From: Thermodesulfobacteriota bacterium
GTDB lineage: Bacteria; Desulfobacterota; Desulfobulbia; Desulfobulbales; SURF-16
Direction: 5' to 3'
NCBI GenBank assembly: GCA_040755455.1
Contig: JBFMAY010000018.1
Coordinates: 8,872-72,871 of the forward strand
Length of the DNA stretch: 64,000 nt
Shown here in pieces: positions 52,776-63,710 of the stretch (positions are counted from its first letter, which is position 1; every line of letters starts with the position of its first letter). A program made the position numbers and the translations under genes. The notes beneath the pieces were generated by a model. It was not told the origin of the DNA and searched no databases. It worked only from the letters and a program-made list of their open reading frames with translations.

Positions 52776-53804
52776 ATGAAGACAAATTTTCTCAAGGCCT
52801 GCAAAGGAGAAGAGGTCAGCCAAACCCCTATCTGGATTATGCGCCAGGCCGGCCGATACCTGCCTGACTATCATAAAGTTCGTGGCAAGGTGACATTTCT
52901 GGAGCTCTGCAAAACCCCGGAGCTGGCAGCAGAGGTCACCCTGCAGCCAGTGGATATCCTCGGCGTTGACGCGGCAATCCTCTTTTCCGATATCCTGGTG
53001 GTGCTCGATGCCATGGGCATGCCCCTTGAGTTCAGGGAAAAACAGGGACCGGTGCTGCCAGCACCCATTCGTACCAAGGCGGATGTTGACAGGCTCATTG
53101 TGCCTGACCCGGCCGACAAGCTCAGCTATGTCATGGATACCATCCAGCTGCTGCGCCGGGAACTTGCCGACAAAGTGCCACTCATCGGTTTTGCCGGCGC
53201 CCCCTTTACCCTGGCAACCTACATGGTTGAAGGCGGGTCTTCGAAAAATTTTTTCCAGACCAAGAAGATGATGTACTCTGCCCCTGATATTTACGGGGCC
53301 ATGCTTGACAAGGTGACCGACTGCACCATCAGCTATCTGCTGGCCCAGGTTGAGGCCGGCGCCCAGGCCCTGCAGGTTTTTGATTCCTGGGCCGGTGCCC
53401 TGGCGCCCTGTGATTTTGCCGAGTTTGCCCTGCCTTATGTAAAGAAGATCATGGACGCCCTGAAGCCTGCCGGGGTGCCGTTGATTTATTTTGCCAACAA
53501 TGGCGCCACCCTGATGAATCTGTCAAAGACCTGCGGTGCTGATGTGCAGGGGCTGGACTGGCGGGTTAATCTCAGCGATGCCATCAAGGTTTTCGGGCCG
53601 GATATCTCCGTGCAGGGCAATCTTGATCCCTGCGCCCTGCTGCTGCCCGAGGATAAGCTGGAAAAAAGAATCGCCGCCATCCTTGAGGAAGGAAAAGCGG
53701 CCCGGGGCCATATTTTCAACCTGGGCCACGGCATTCTGCCTGAAACTCCGCCGGAAAAGGCCAAGTTCGTCGTTGATGCGGTACACCGTTTATCAGTCCG
53801 GTAG
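52776..53804 (+). CDS. hemE: Uroporphyrinogen decarboxylase
   Basis: PIWIMRQAGRYLP, AAILFSDIL, GAPFTLATY, FDSW, FNLGHG. Confidence 0.97.
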   Translation: MKTNFLKACKGEEVSQTPIWIMRQAGRYLPDYHKVRGKVTFLELCKTPELAAEVTLQPVDILGVDAAILFSDILVVLDAMGMPLEFREKQGPVLPAPIRTKADVDRLIVPDPADKLSYVMDTIQLLRRELADKVPLIGFAGAPFTLATYMVEGGSSKNFFQTKKMMYSAPDIYGAMLDKVTDCTISYLLAQVEAGAQALQVFDSWAGALAPCDFAEFALPYVKKIMDALKPAGVPLIYFANNGATLMNLSKTCGADVQGLDWRVNLSDAIKVFGPDISVQGNLDPCALLLPEDKLEKRIAAILEEGKAARGHIFNLGHGILPETPPEKAKFVVDAVHRLSVR

Positions 53805-54389
53805 GTGGAGGTGGTTTACGGCGTGAAGATTCCCACAGTAGATACCTGTCTCCAGCTGATGGAGGATTACCGGATGCTGGACAATATCAAGGCCCATTCC
53901 AAGGTTGTGGCCAGGGTGGCTGAATTGATCACCGTTGGCCTTACGCGAAGGAGTGGCGAGGCCCTTAATCTTGATCTGGTTATATCCGCCTCCTTGCTTC
54001 ATGATATTGCCAAAACCCAGTGTCTCGACAGCCGCTGCGACCACGCCAAAGTGGGCGGCGAGATCTGCCGTGGGCACGGTTTTGTCGAAATAGCCGATAT
54101 TGTTGAAGAGCATGTGGTGATTAAAAGCAACGGCAGCGGGCGCATCACGGAAAAGGAGATTGTCTACTACGCCGACAAGCGGGTCAATCATGACCAGGTG
54201 GTCAGCCTCCATGACCGGCTCGACTATATTTTAGACCGCTATGCCCGTAATAATGCCGTACGCCATGATTTGATCCAGCAGAATTTTGCCAAATGCCTCA
54301 CGATGGAAAAGAGGATTTTCGACAACCTTGATTTCAGTCCTGAACAACTAGCTGCCCTTATCATGGCAAAACGGGAATGGAGGGTTTGA
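53805..54389 (+). CDS. HD-domain metal-dependent hydrolase
   Basis: HS..VA, LLHDIAK, DHAKVG, EEH, YADKRV; abuts hemE and hemH. Confidence 0.85.
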   Translation: MEVVYGVKIPTVDTCLQLMEDYRMLDNIKAHSKVVARVAELITVGLTRRSGEALNLDLVISASLLHDIAKTQCLDSRCDHAKVGGEICRGHGFVEIADIVEEHVVIKSNGSGRITEKEIVYYADKRVNHDQVVSLHDRLDYILDRYARNNAVRHDLIQQNFAKCLTMEKRIFDNLDFSPEQLAALIMAKREWRV

Positions 54390-54392
54390 CCA

Positions 54393-55370
54393 ATGGCGGA
54401 TCAGCCGCAGTCCATAGGTGTAATTGTGCTCAATCTGGGAGGTCCTGAACGGCTTGCTGATGTGGAGCCGTTTTTGTACAACCTCTTTTCTGATCGCCGG
54501 ATTATCCGGCTGGGACCGGCTTTGCTGCAAAAGCCCATCGCCTGGATGATCGCCAAGCGCCGCGCCCCGAAAAGCCGGAAGGCCTATGCACTTATCGGCG
54601 GCGGCTCACCACTGAAAAGTCTTACCATGCAGCAGGGTGAGGCGCTGGAGAGGGAGCTCGGCAAGGTGGGCAGGTTCAAGGTTGCCATGGCCATGCGCTA
54701 TTGGCCCCCCTTTGCCCGGGAAACCCTGCAGAAATTTGCCGACCAGCATATTACCCGCATCATCGCCCTCACCCTTTACCCACATTTTTCCAAGGCCACG
54801 ACCGGCTCTTCCCTTGATGATCTGCGGCAGGCCGCGGGCGCATTTCCCGGATTTTTCGAGATAGCCGAGATTGCCGCCTGGCCGGAGCAGCCCGATTATA
54901 TCCAATGTCTGGCAGATTCCATTGTTGCCGGCATGAAACAGTTCGAGGGTGCCAAGGCGCAGCTGGTTTACAGCGCCCATAGCCTGCCGGTGCAATTTAT
55001 TGAGGAGGGAGACCCCTATCTTGATGACATGAATAAAACCATCGGGGCGGTGGAAAAAATTACCGGGATAAAAGGCCATCTTTGTTTTCAGAGTAGAAGC
55101 GGTCCGGTGGAATGGCTGTCGCCGTCCACCCCGGACATGCTGGAGCAGCTGGCGGGCCAGGGATGCAGCAATGTGCTGATGGTTCCCATCAGTTTTGTAT
55201 CCGACCATGTGGAAACCCTCTATGAAATTGACATCCAGTACCGGGAGATGGCCCAAGCCTTAGGCATGACCCTGAAAAGGACAGCATCTCTTAATGTCAT
55301 GCCCCGTTTTATTGCCGGTTTAAAAAAACTCGTCGAGGCCGCAGCGCGGCAGCAAAACTGGCTGCCCTGA
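54393..55370 (+). CDS. hemH: Ferrochelatase
   Basis: LNLGGP, IGGGSPL, MRYWPP, SAHSLP, FQSR.GP.EWL, FVSDHVETLYEID. Confidence 0.96.
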   Translation: MADQPQSIGVIVLNLGGPERLADVEPFLYNLFSDRRIIRLGPALLQKPIAWMIAKRRAPKSRKAYALIGGGSPLKSLTMQQGEALERELGKVGRFKVAMAMRYWPPFARETLQKFADQHITRIIALTLYPHFSKATTGSSLDDLRQAAGAFPGFFEIAEIAAWPEQPDYIQCLADSIVAGMKQFEGAKAQLVYSAHSLPVQFIEEGDPYLDDMNKTIGAVEKITGIKGHLCFQSRSGPVEWLSPSTPDMLEQLAGQGCSNVLMVPISFVSDHVETLYEIDIQYREMAQALGMTLKRTASLNVMPRFIAGLKKLVEAAARQQNWLP

Positions 55371-55647
55371 ACCTTTTTCCCCCGTTTTTTTAAGAGAATC
55401 TGGCGCGTTTCCCGTGCCGGGATTTCCCCCGTAAGGTAGCGCACAAGGCCCAAAGCTGTCCCGCGTTCCCTATCTGTTCGCTGTGGTAAGTGTATTTGTT
55501 GCCGCAGGCAGTGTGGCATATCTATGCAACACTTTGTGTGGCGCGCACCATTGTCTGCTACACTTCTGTTTTTTTCCCTTATGCAACAATCAGGAAAAAT
55601 GCTTAATTAGCGAATGGTTAGCTGTTTTTTGCCAGAGATGTTTCTTG

Positions 55648-55663
55648 TGGCACGGCTACTGCT
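55648..55663 (+). promoter_or_regulatory. Sigma-54 (-24/-12) promoter
   Basis: TGGCACGGCTACTGCT with exact GG-N10-GC spacing, 57 nt before ORF 55721. Confidence 0.7.
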
Positions 55664-55720
55664 TTTCTTTGCATTAAAAGGGAAGCGTAAGGCCTCTGCA
55701 AGAAAAGAAGGGGGACGGCA

Positions 55721-55939
55721 ATGAAAAAAACAGCTAAAAATCGGATTAGCACGGCAGTCATTGACAGCTACGATTACGATGAAGATATTGCTGAAGCGGC
55801 AAGTCACGTAGGCACCGGAACTATTTTTAATATCTGCGCTGTGATAGGTGTCTGGGGGCTGAGCTGTCTGGGCAGTGCCATCGTCCAGTCCGGCATCGTT
55901 GATGTGATGAAGGGGTGGCTTGGGGCCATAGCAGGATAA
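55721..55939 (+). CDS. Small hypothetical membrane protein (72 aa)
   Basis: GGGGGA RBS, hydrophobic C-terminal half, upstream sigma-54 promoter. Confidence 0.7.
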   Translation: MKKTAKNRISTAVIDSYDYDEDIAEAASHVGTGTIFNICAVIGVWGLSCLGSAIVQSGIVDVMKGWLGAIAG

Positions 55940-56032
55940 AGATGGATTGTAAGGGTGATTATCTCATTGCCGTTATGAAATCCAGTTGATATTGCGGAGG
56001 AGGTTGCCCCGCGCCAGGGCGGGGGGGAGTTT

Positions 56033-57145
56033 TCAGCTGGGCACCTGGTAGCGCCTCATTCTGACGCTGATCAGGATGCCGATGCCGGCCATGGTGGTGA
56101 TAAGTGACGATCCTCCGTAGCTGAAAAGGGGCAGCGGCATGCCGACCACGGGCAGCATGCCCATGACCATGGCGAGATTGATGAATGCCTGCCAGAAGAT
56201 AAGCGACACCACGCCGATGCAGAGCAGCGTACCGAATTTGTCCCGGGAGGACACGGCGCTGTTCAAGCCCCAGAGGATGAGGAAAAAATAAATGGATAAA
56301 AACAGGGCAGAGCCGACAAAGCCGAACTCCTCGGCCCAGATGGAAAAGGCGAAGTCGGTATGGCGTTCCGGCAGGAAATCAAGATGGCCTTGGGTCCCCG
56401 CCAGATATCCCTTGCCGAAGGTCAGTCCGCTGCCGACGGCGATCTTTGACTGCATGATATGATAGCCGCTCTTTAACGGATCAGCCTCCGGGTTGAGAAA
56501 TGTTTCAATGCGCTGGCGCTGGTATGGTTTAAGAATGAATTTCCAGGCGATGGGGATGAGGGAGGCGCAGACCCCCAGCAGAATATTCAGGGTTTGCCAT
56601 TTGAGTTTGACAAACAGCGTCATGGAAACAAAGATAAAGCCAAGCATCAGCGCCGTACCCAGATCCGGCTGTTTGAGGATGAGCAGAAAAGGGAAAAGGG
56701 TCAGGGCAATGGGGATGCCCAGTTCTTTCAGGGTAAATCCCTTGCCGGTGTCCTTACGGGAATAGTAACTTGCCAGGGTGATCACGAGCATGAGTTTGGC
56801 CGGCTCGGATGGTTGCAGATTGAAAAAACCTAGATTGATCCAGCGCTGGGCTCCGGACATGGTTTTGCCGAAAATCAGGGCAGAGAGCAGCAGCAGGCAG
56901 ATGGCGCCGTACATGGGGTAGTTCCAGGACATGAAGATGCGGTAATCTACGCTGATAATGGCCAAGACCAGCCCCATGCCCATAATGAAATAATAGAGCT
57001 GCTTGATATAGATCGGAGTGCCCGCCGGTTTATCCGGATAAATCGCGCTGTAAAGGTTCATGAGGCACATGGTGGCAATAAGTGCCAGCCAGAGCAGGAT
57101 AATCCAGTCGAAATGCTGTATGAGTCGTCGGTCAAATCGTAACAT
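56033..57145 (-). CDS. rodA: Rod shape-determining protein RodA
   Basis: GAQRWI, QPSE, QPDLGT, LPERHTDF, PLFSYGGSS. Confidence 0.96.
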   Translation of the reverse strand: MLRFDRRLIQHFDWIILLWLALIATMCLMNLYSAIYPDKPAGTPIYIKQLYYFIMGMGLVLAIISVDYRIFMSWNYPMYGAICLLLLSALIFGKTMSGAQRWINLGFFNLQPSEPAKLMLVITLASYYSRKDTGKGFTLKELGIPIALTLFPFLLILKQPDLGTALMLGFIFVSMTLFVKLKWQTLNILLGVCASLIPIAWKFILKPYQRQRIETFLNPEADPLKSGYHIMQSKIAVGSGLTFGKGYLAGTQGHLDFLPERHTDFAFSIWAEEFGFVGSALFLSIYFFLILWGLNSAVSSRDKFGTLLCIGVVSLIFWQAFINLAMVMGMLPVVGMPLPLFSYGGSSLITTMAGIGILISVRMRRYQVPS

Positions 57146-57233
57146 GATCTAGGGGAGAATTATCGCAAGCTGGATTATTAAGGGCGGGCAACAGCCTCCT
57201 GCAGCCATCTTGACGATGCAATTTAATATATCC

Positions 57234-59102
57234 TTACTGGTTTGTTTCCTCGACGGTTTTTTCCTTAAAATACTCTTCCAGCAGCTGTTTGGCAATAGGC
57301 GCGGCCACCGAACCTCCATGGCCGCTATGCTCAACAAGCACGGTTATGGCAATTTCCGGTTTCTCTGCGGGGGCAAAACAGGTGAACCAGGCATGATCCT
57401 TGTATTGCCTGGGGAGCAGCGACTGCGGTATGCTCTTGAACTTGGCCATGCGAACCACCTGGGCGGTGCCGGTTTTACCGCCCACTGTAATCGTTGGCAT
57501 TTTGGCGCTGGTCGCTGTGCCATGCTTGGTGTTCACTGCATCGATCAATCCTTTTATAATGAGATTCCTGTCCTGCGCGGAGCCGTAAACCGTGCCGAGA
57601 AGGTCGGGTTGGACCTTGTCAAGGGTGGAGCCCTCTGGGGCCTTGATTGTTTCGATGATCTGGGGTTTGTAGAGCTTGCCGCCATTGACCAGGGCAGCCG
57701 TCATACGGCAGATCTGTAAAGGGGTTGCCAGATTAAATCCCTGACCAATGGCAACGGAAAGGGTTTCGCCGTCCTGCCATGCTTCATTCTTTTTCTTCTT
57801 TTTCCAGGCGGAAGTGGGGGTGAGCCCAGGTTTTTCATGTTCAAGTTCAATGCCGGTTTTCTGGCCCAGACCTAAACTTTCCGCATAGGCTGCGAGTCTA
57901 TCCACCCCAACCCGTTGCCCGACCTGATAGAAATAAACATCGCAGGATTCGGCCAAGGCTCTCTGCAGGCTGATCGCGCCGTGTCCCCCGGTTTTCCAGC
58001 AACCGTAGCGCCGGTTATAGATATTGAGGCCGCCGTTGCAATAGAAAACAGTTTGCGGGGTAATAATTTTTTCGCCCAGACCTGCCAGCGCCGTAATGAT
58101 TTTGTATGTTGATCCGGGTGGGTACTGACCCTGAGTTGTTTTATCGATCAGGGGATGCAGCGGATCGTTGAGATGCTCCTGCCACACCTTCGTGGAAATT
58201 CCGCCGATGAACTCGTCAAGCTTGAGGGGTGGAGCGCTTGCCAACGCCAGCAGTTTGCCCGTATTAACCTCCATGGCCACCACGGCACCGCCGAGCCCTT
58301 CCATGGCTTTTTCGGCGGTCAGCTGCAGGTCTATGTCTATGGTCAGCTGCAGATCATTACCCGGCAGGGGGTCCTGGTGTTGGAGTATCTTCTGTTCAAA
58401 ACCAAGAACGTCAACCTCAAGGTAGCGGTGGCCCTTTTCGCCCCGCAACTCTTTTTCAAACAGTTTTTCGATTCCCATTTTGCCGATGGGATCACCGCCC
58501 TGATACTTGCTGTTTTTGAGGACTTCCAGCTCTTCTTTGCTGATCTGCCCCAGATAGCCGATGAGATGGGACGCCATGTTGCCGTAAAGGTAATCGCGGC
58601 TTGGCACTGCCTCAACGCGGACGCCCGGCAGGTCGAAATGGTGGTTCTCGATAAAGACAAGGGTTTTCCAGTCAATGTCTTCTTTGAGCAGAATCGGCAT
58701 GTAGCGTGGCTGGCCGGATGCTTCCCGGATACAGTTCAGCAGGTTGGAGATATCCTCATTGAGTATCTGGGCAAGTCGTTTTATCACTTCATCCGGATTC
58801 GGGGCGTCTTCTTTTGTCCAAACCAGATTGAAATATGGCCTGTTGGTGATGATAACGCGGCCGAAGCGGTCAAGAATATTGCCCCGGGGTGCCTGGATTT
58901 GCTGGATGCGGATTCTGTTGTTTTCCGACAGTTTTACGTATTCCTCACCTTTCTTGATCTGTAGAAACCAGAGGCGGGCGATGAGAAGGGCGATAAAAAC
59001 GATGATAATGGCGGTGGCAATATCAACCCTTTTTTTGAGGATGATCAGCTCTTCCTCATCGATTTTATGTATTTTTTCGACAGCTCGCCGTATTCTGGGC
59101 AT
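57234..59102 (-). CDS. mrdA: Penicillin-binding protein 2
   Basis: PRGNILDR, PGSTYK (SxxK), SCDVYF, GKTGTAQ. Confidence 0.96.
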   Translation of the reverse strand: MPRIRRAVEKIHKIDEEELIILKKRVDIATAIIIVFIALLIARLWFLQIKKGEEYVKLSENNRIRIQQIQAPRGNILDRFGRVIITNRPYFNLVWTKEDAPNPDEVIKRLAQILNEDISNLLNCIREASGQPRYMPILLKEDIDWKTLVFIENHHFDLPGVRVEAVPSRDYLYGNMASHLIGYLGQISKEELEVLKNSKYQGGDPIGKMGIEKLFEKELRGEKGHRYLEVDVLGFEQKILQHQDPLPGNDLQLTIDIDLQLTAEKAMEGLGGAVVAMEVNTGKLLALASAPPLKLDEFIGGISTKVWQEHLNDPLHPLIDKTTQGQYPPGSTYKIITALAGLGEKIITPQTVFYCNGGLNIYNRRYGCWKTGGHGAISLQRALAESCDVYFYQVGQRVGVDRLAAYAESLGLGQKTGIELEHEKPGLTPTSAWKKKKKNEAWQDGETLSVAIGQGFNLATPLQICRMTAALVNGGKLYKPQIIETIKAPEGSTLDKVQPDLLGTVYGSAQDRNLIIKGLIDAVNTKHGTATSAKMPTITVGGKTGTAQVVRMAKFKSIPQSLLPRQYKDHAWFTCFAPAEKPEIAITVLVEHSGHGGSVAAPIAKQLLEEYFKEKTVEETNQ

Positions 59103-59123
59103 GGTAGGAAATGGGGAAACGGG

Positions 59124-59660
59124 TTAATCCCTGAAAGTGTTTTTGTTTTTTGGCCGGAGAAAAAACTGGGCTGCTTTCTTTGGGGTCAGAAATGTATCAA
59201 AAGATTCAAACAGCGTAAAGAGCGGTATGGTGATCATGCCGAGCAGCAGTATCTCCAGTAGAATATCTTTCCAGTTCCAGTTCAACTCGTTTTCCGGGGC
59301 CAGAATGGAGGCAAAAGTATAAAGAAGAGCATTAACCAAGAGATAGCTGGCAATCACCAGAGGAATGCGATGGACCACTTCATGGATGGCCAGTCGTCGT
59401 GCAAGTCCGTGCAGCAGAAAAAAAAGCAGCAGGTAGGTGATCGGGTAGATTCCCAGAAAAATACCGGAGAAAATATCCATGACAAGTCCCAGCAACAGAA
59501 GCAGCACCGCTCCGTGGACGAGCTGGAGACGTATGGCCACGAAAACTATGAGCACGAAAAAGGGATCAGGGCTGCCGACCCACCCGGGCAGCATAGTCAG
59601 CAGAGAGGTCTGCAGAAGCAGCAGAAAAACACCAAGGAAGAAGTAGGAAATAACAGGCAT
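59124..59660 (-). CDS. mreD: Rod shape-determining protein MreD
   Basis: Multi-TM protein with GLVMDIFSG, between mreC and mrdA. Confidence 0.88.
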   Translation of the reverse strand: MPVISYFFLGVFLLLLQTSLLTMLPGWVGSPDPFFVLIVFVAIRLQLVHGAVLLLLLGLVMDIFSGIFLGIYPITYLLLFFLLHGLARRLAIHEVVHRIPLVIASYLLVNALLYTFASILAPENELNWNWKDILLEILLLGMITIPLFTLFESFDTFLTPKKAAQFFLRPKNKNTFRD

Positions 59661-59662
59661 GA

Positions 59663-60523
59663 TTAGTGGTATTTTTTCTCAAAGTCCTGATCTGCCAATG
59701 AATTTTCATGCATGATAATAATCAGATATTCCAGCTGTGAAAAATCTACCGACGGTTCGACATCAATTTGCTGAAACATTCCCCTTTTGCTTTTGGTGAC
59801 TTCGGAAACCTTGCCCACCGGCAGCCCTTTGGGAAAGATGTCACCCAGTCCGGAGGTGACAATGGCATCGCCTTTCTCCACATCGGCGTTCTTCAAGACG
59901 TAAAGGAGATTGAAACCGTTGCTGCCGTTGCCCTTGAGGATTCCCTGTACCCTGTTTTTCTGCACGAGCACATCAATGGCGCTGTTGGGATCATTGGCCA
60001 GAAGGACTTTCGAGTAGTTCGGTGATGTGTCCAGTATCTGCCCTACCACGCCTTCCACGGTGACAACCGGCATGCCCTTTTCCACCCCTTCGCTGCTGCC
60101 TCGGTCCACAATGATGGTGCGGAACCAGAGGGAAGGGTCGCGTCCTACGATCTGGGCGGTCAGGGTTGGCGGGGGCAGTGAATCTTTAATCTGCAGCAGT
60201 TTGCTCAAGCGGACATTGGTGGCCACTGCCTCCCGATACTTGATATTGGTCTCCTTGAATTTATCCAGTTCTTCCTGGAGTCTCTTGTTTTCATCCCGGA
60301 CATAGAGAAGCCCGATATAGTCAGACCATACATTGGCTACGCCGTTGGTAAGACGGGTAATGACATACTGGCCTTTGCCAATGAGGTCGAGAGCAAGTCT
60401 TTGCGGGCCGTTTAATTCCTGACGGCCCACCGTGGAGGCAATCAGAATGAGGATGAAGGTCAGGATGGAGCCAAAGAGGAAAAAAATCTGGATCTGCTTT
60501 GATTTCTTATTTTTTTTTCTCAT
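59663..60523 (-). CDS. mreC: Rod shape-determining protein MreC
   Basis: ENKRL coiled coil, IVDRGS, VTSGLG..FPKGLPVG. Confidence 0.95.
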   Translation of the reverse strand: MRKKNKKSKQIQIFFLFGSILTFILILIASTVGRQELNGPQRLALDLIGKGQYVITRLTNGVANVWSDYIGLLYVRDENKRLQEELDKFKETNIKYREAVATNVRLSKLLQIKDSLPPPTLTAQIVGRDPSLWFRTIIVDRGSSEGVEKGMPVVTVEGVVGQILDTSPNYSKVLLANDPNSAIDVLVQKNRVQGILKGNGSNGFNLLYVLKNADVEKGDAIVTSGLGDIFPKGLPVGKVSEVTKSKRGMFQQIDVEPSVDFSQLEYLIIIMHENSLADQDFEKKYH

Positions 60524-60532
60524 CAGGATAAA

Positions 60533-61570
<1,038 letters not shown>

Positions 61571-61843
61571 CTATGCACTCCCTTAGAGGTTGAATTTGAA
61601 TAATTTTTATAACCGGGAACCGGGCCATGACTAACCATGAGAGCCCGGTAATTGGGATTACGTAGAGGAAAACTTTCAAAGAATATCCCCACCAGTTGCG
61701 AGATATGTTTTGATCGCTCATGCTACTTAAACCTTAACTTTGTCACCTTAGCAAACAAAAAAAATGTTAGCAAGAAAAATGCTTGAGTTAACTGATTTAT
61801 GGATGCGGTGGGTTTGCATGTTAGGAATGGCGGGAAAAAAAAC

Positions 61844-61873
61844 TTGACAGCAAGAATTCAAAAAGATTATAAG
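61844..61873 (+). promoter_or_regulatory. Sigma-70-type promoter of tRNA-Ala
   Basis: TTGACA (61844-61849) and TATAAG (61868-61873), about 22 nt before the tRNA. Confidence 0.6.
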
Positions 61874-61895
61874 TGCTCAAATTTTCCAGACATGT

Positions 61896-61971
61896 GGGGC
61901 TATAGCTCAGCTGGGAGAGCGCTTGAATGGCATTCAAGAGGCCAGCGGTTCGATCCCGCTTAGCTCCACCA
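61896..61971 (+). tRNA. tRNA-Ala (GGC)
   Basis: GGGGCTA acceptor stem with G3:U70, anticodon stem CTTGA/TCAAG around ATGGCAT, GGTTCGATCC T-arm, encoded CCA. Confidence 0.97.
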
Positions 61972-62006
61972 TTTGATAGTTCGAGGCAGTTCGCTAAAGT
62001 GCACTT

Positions 62007-62039
62007 AACCCGCTGGCTGAAAGGCTTAGCGGGTTTTTT
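62007..62039 (+). terminator. Intrinsic terminator after the tRNA
   Basis: AACCCGCTGGC-TGAAAG-GCTTAGCGGGTTTTTT. Confidence 0.75.
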
Positions 62040-62084
62040 GTTGTCCAGAAAAGTTCGTCATGGTACGGTAAAATCCATAAGATT

Positions 62085-62134
62085 TAGGGGTATGTATAGG
62101 GGTATGTAGCCCTACCCCTAATGTGGATACCCCC
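62085..62134. repeat. Candidate integrase arm-binding sites
   Basis: Tandem TAGGGGTATGTA x2 (62085-62108) followed by two inverted TACCCC copies before the integrase start. Confidence 0.6.
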
Positions 62135-62152
62135 AAAATAAATGGATGGCCC

Positions 62153-63415
62153 ATGCCTAAACGAATTGTACCACTCACGGATACCAAAATAAGGACAGCA
62201 AGAGCAGCCGAAAAGGATGTTAAATTGTTTGATGGCGGCGGACTGTTCTGTCTGATTACCCCAACAGGCGGCAAGCTTTGGCGGCTTAAGTATCGCTTTG
62301 GGGGTAGAGAAAAACTCCTTACTCTTGGAACATACCCCCAAACAACACTTGCCGAGGCCAGGCGGAAACGTGACGATGCCCGTATTTTGCTGGAAAAGGA
62401 CATCGATCCGGGAGCAGTCAAGAAAGCTCAAAAGGCTGCACATTCTCAAGAGCAAGACACGTTTGAGGTTATCGCCAGAGAGTGGCATGCCAAATATGCA
62501 CCTACTTGGGCCGAAAGCCACTCAGAAAAAATCATCAGAAGGCTTGAGCTATATATCTTCCCGTGGTTGGGATCAAAGCCCATACGTTCCATTGTGCCTT
62601 CCGAACTACTTGAATGTCTGCGACGACTTGAGGAAAAAGGTACATTAGACACCGCGCACAGGGCGAAACAGAATTGCGGGCAGGTTTTCCGCTACGCAAT
62701 TGCTACAGGTAGAGCCGAACGCGACCCAACCCCTGACTTGCGCGGCGCACTGCCTGCCATTCATAAACAACACTACGCTGCAATCACTGACCCTATAGAA
62801 GTAGCACGTCTTATGAGAGCCATTGACGGATACAGCGGGAGCTTTGTCACAATATGTGCCCTGCGGTTGGCTCCATTATTTTTTCTGCGACCAGGTGAAT
62901 TAAGACAAGCGGAATGGTCAGAGTTTGACCTTGATCAAGCCGCCTGGAATGTGCCGATTGAACGGTTAAAGCTCAGGAAGGCGGAAAAAATAAGAAGAAA
63001 AGGCGAATTTCATTTAGTCCCTTTGGCAACTCAAGCTGTTGCTATCCTTCGAAACTTGCAACCTCTAACCGGTGCTGGCCGGTTCGTGTTTCCTTCCTCG
63101 AGAACAGCATTACGAGCGATGAGCAACAACACTGTCAACGCGGCATTACGTCGACTTGGGTATAATACAAAGGAAGAAATGACCGGGCATGGTTTCAGGG
63201 CGATGGCAAGAACAATTCTTGATGAAGTCCTTGGATTTCGACCGGAAATAGTAGAGCACCAACTTGCACACGCAGTACGAGACCCTTTAGGCCGGGCGTA
63301 CAATCGAACAACATATTTGCCGGAAAGGAAAAAAATGATGCAATCTTGGGCTGATTACCTGGATAAAATAAAGGCAGGGGCAGAAATCATTCCTTTTAGA
63401 GCAACGGGAAGCTGA
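62153..63415 (+). CDS. P4-like tyrosine integrase with arm DNA-binding domain
   Basis: LTDTKIR..LFDGGGL..KLWRLKYRF N-terminus; LRPGEL, HGFR, LAH, AYNR catalytic motifs. Confidence 0.96.
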   Translation: MPKRIVPLTDTKIRTARAAEKDVKLFDGGGLFCLITPTGGKLWRLKYRFGGREKLLTLGTYPQTTLAEARRKRDDARILLEKDIDPGAVKKAQKAAHSQEQDTFEVIAREWHAKYAPTWAESHSEKIIRRLELYIFPWLGSKPIRSIVPSELLECLRRLEEKGTLDTAHRAKQNCGQVFRYAIATGRAERDPTPDLRGALPAIHKQHYAAITDPIEVARLMRAIDGYSGSFVTICALRLAPLFFLRPGELRQAEWSEFDLDQAAWNVPIERLKLRKAEKIRRKGEFHLVPLATQAVAILRNLQPLTGAGRFVFPSSRTALRAMSNNTVNAALRRLGYNTKEEMTGHGFRAMARTILDEVLGFRPEIVEHQLAHAVRDPLGRAYNRTTYLPERKKMMQSWADYLDKIKAGAEIIPFRATGS

Positions 63416-63433
63416 ACCCTGTTTGCCTTTTAG

Positions 63434-63652
63434 TCATAATGAAGCAAAATTTCTTTCCTGTAGCCAACCGCGAATATCACGGACTATCCAGCCAACAGCA
63501 CGGGAGCCAAGCGACACAGCGCGGGGGAAATTACCTTCACCCATTAATTTATAGATGCTTGTTTTCCCAAGTCCTGTAAGTCTTTTCACCTCAGCAAGCC
63601 GGAGAATTCGTAATTCTTCAAGTTCTGCACACATTTTGATATTTCCCGCCAA
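63434..63652 (-). CDS. AlpA family regulator / excisionase
   Basis: ILRLAEVKRLTGLGKTSIYKLM..GNFPRAVSLGSRAVGW. Confidence 0.92.
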   Translation of the reverse strand: MAGNIKMCAELEELRILRLAEVKRLTGLGKTSIYKLMGEGNFPRAVSLGSRAVGWIVRDIRGWLQERNFASL

Positions 63653-63710
63653 AAGGCAATTGATTCAAATCAAGTAACAAGCAAGCGCAGCTTTTGCGCC
63701 ATGGTTACCC

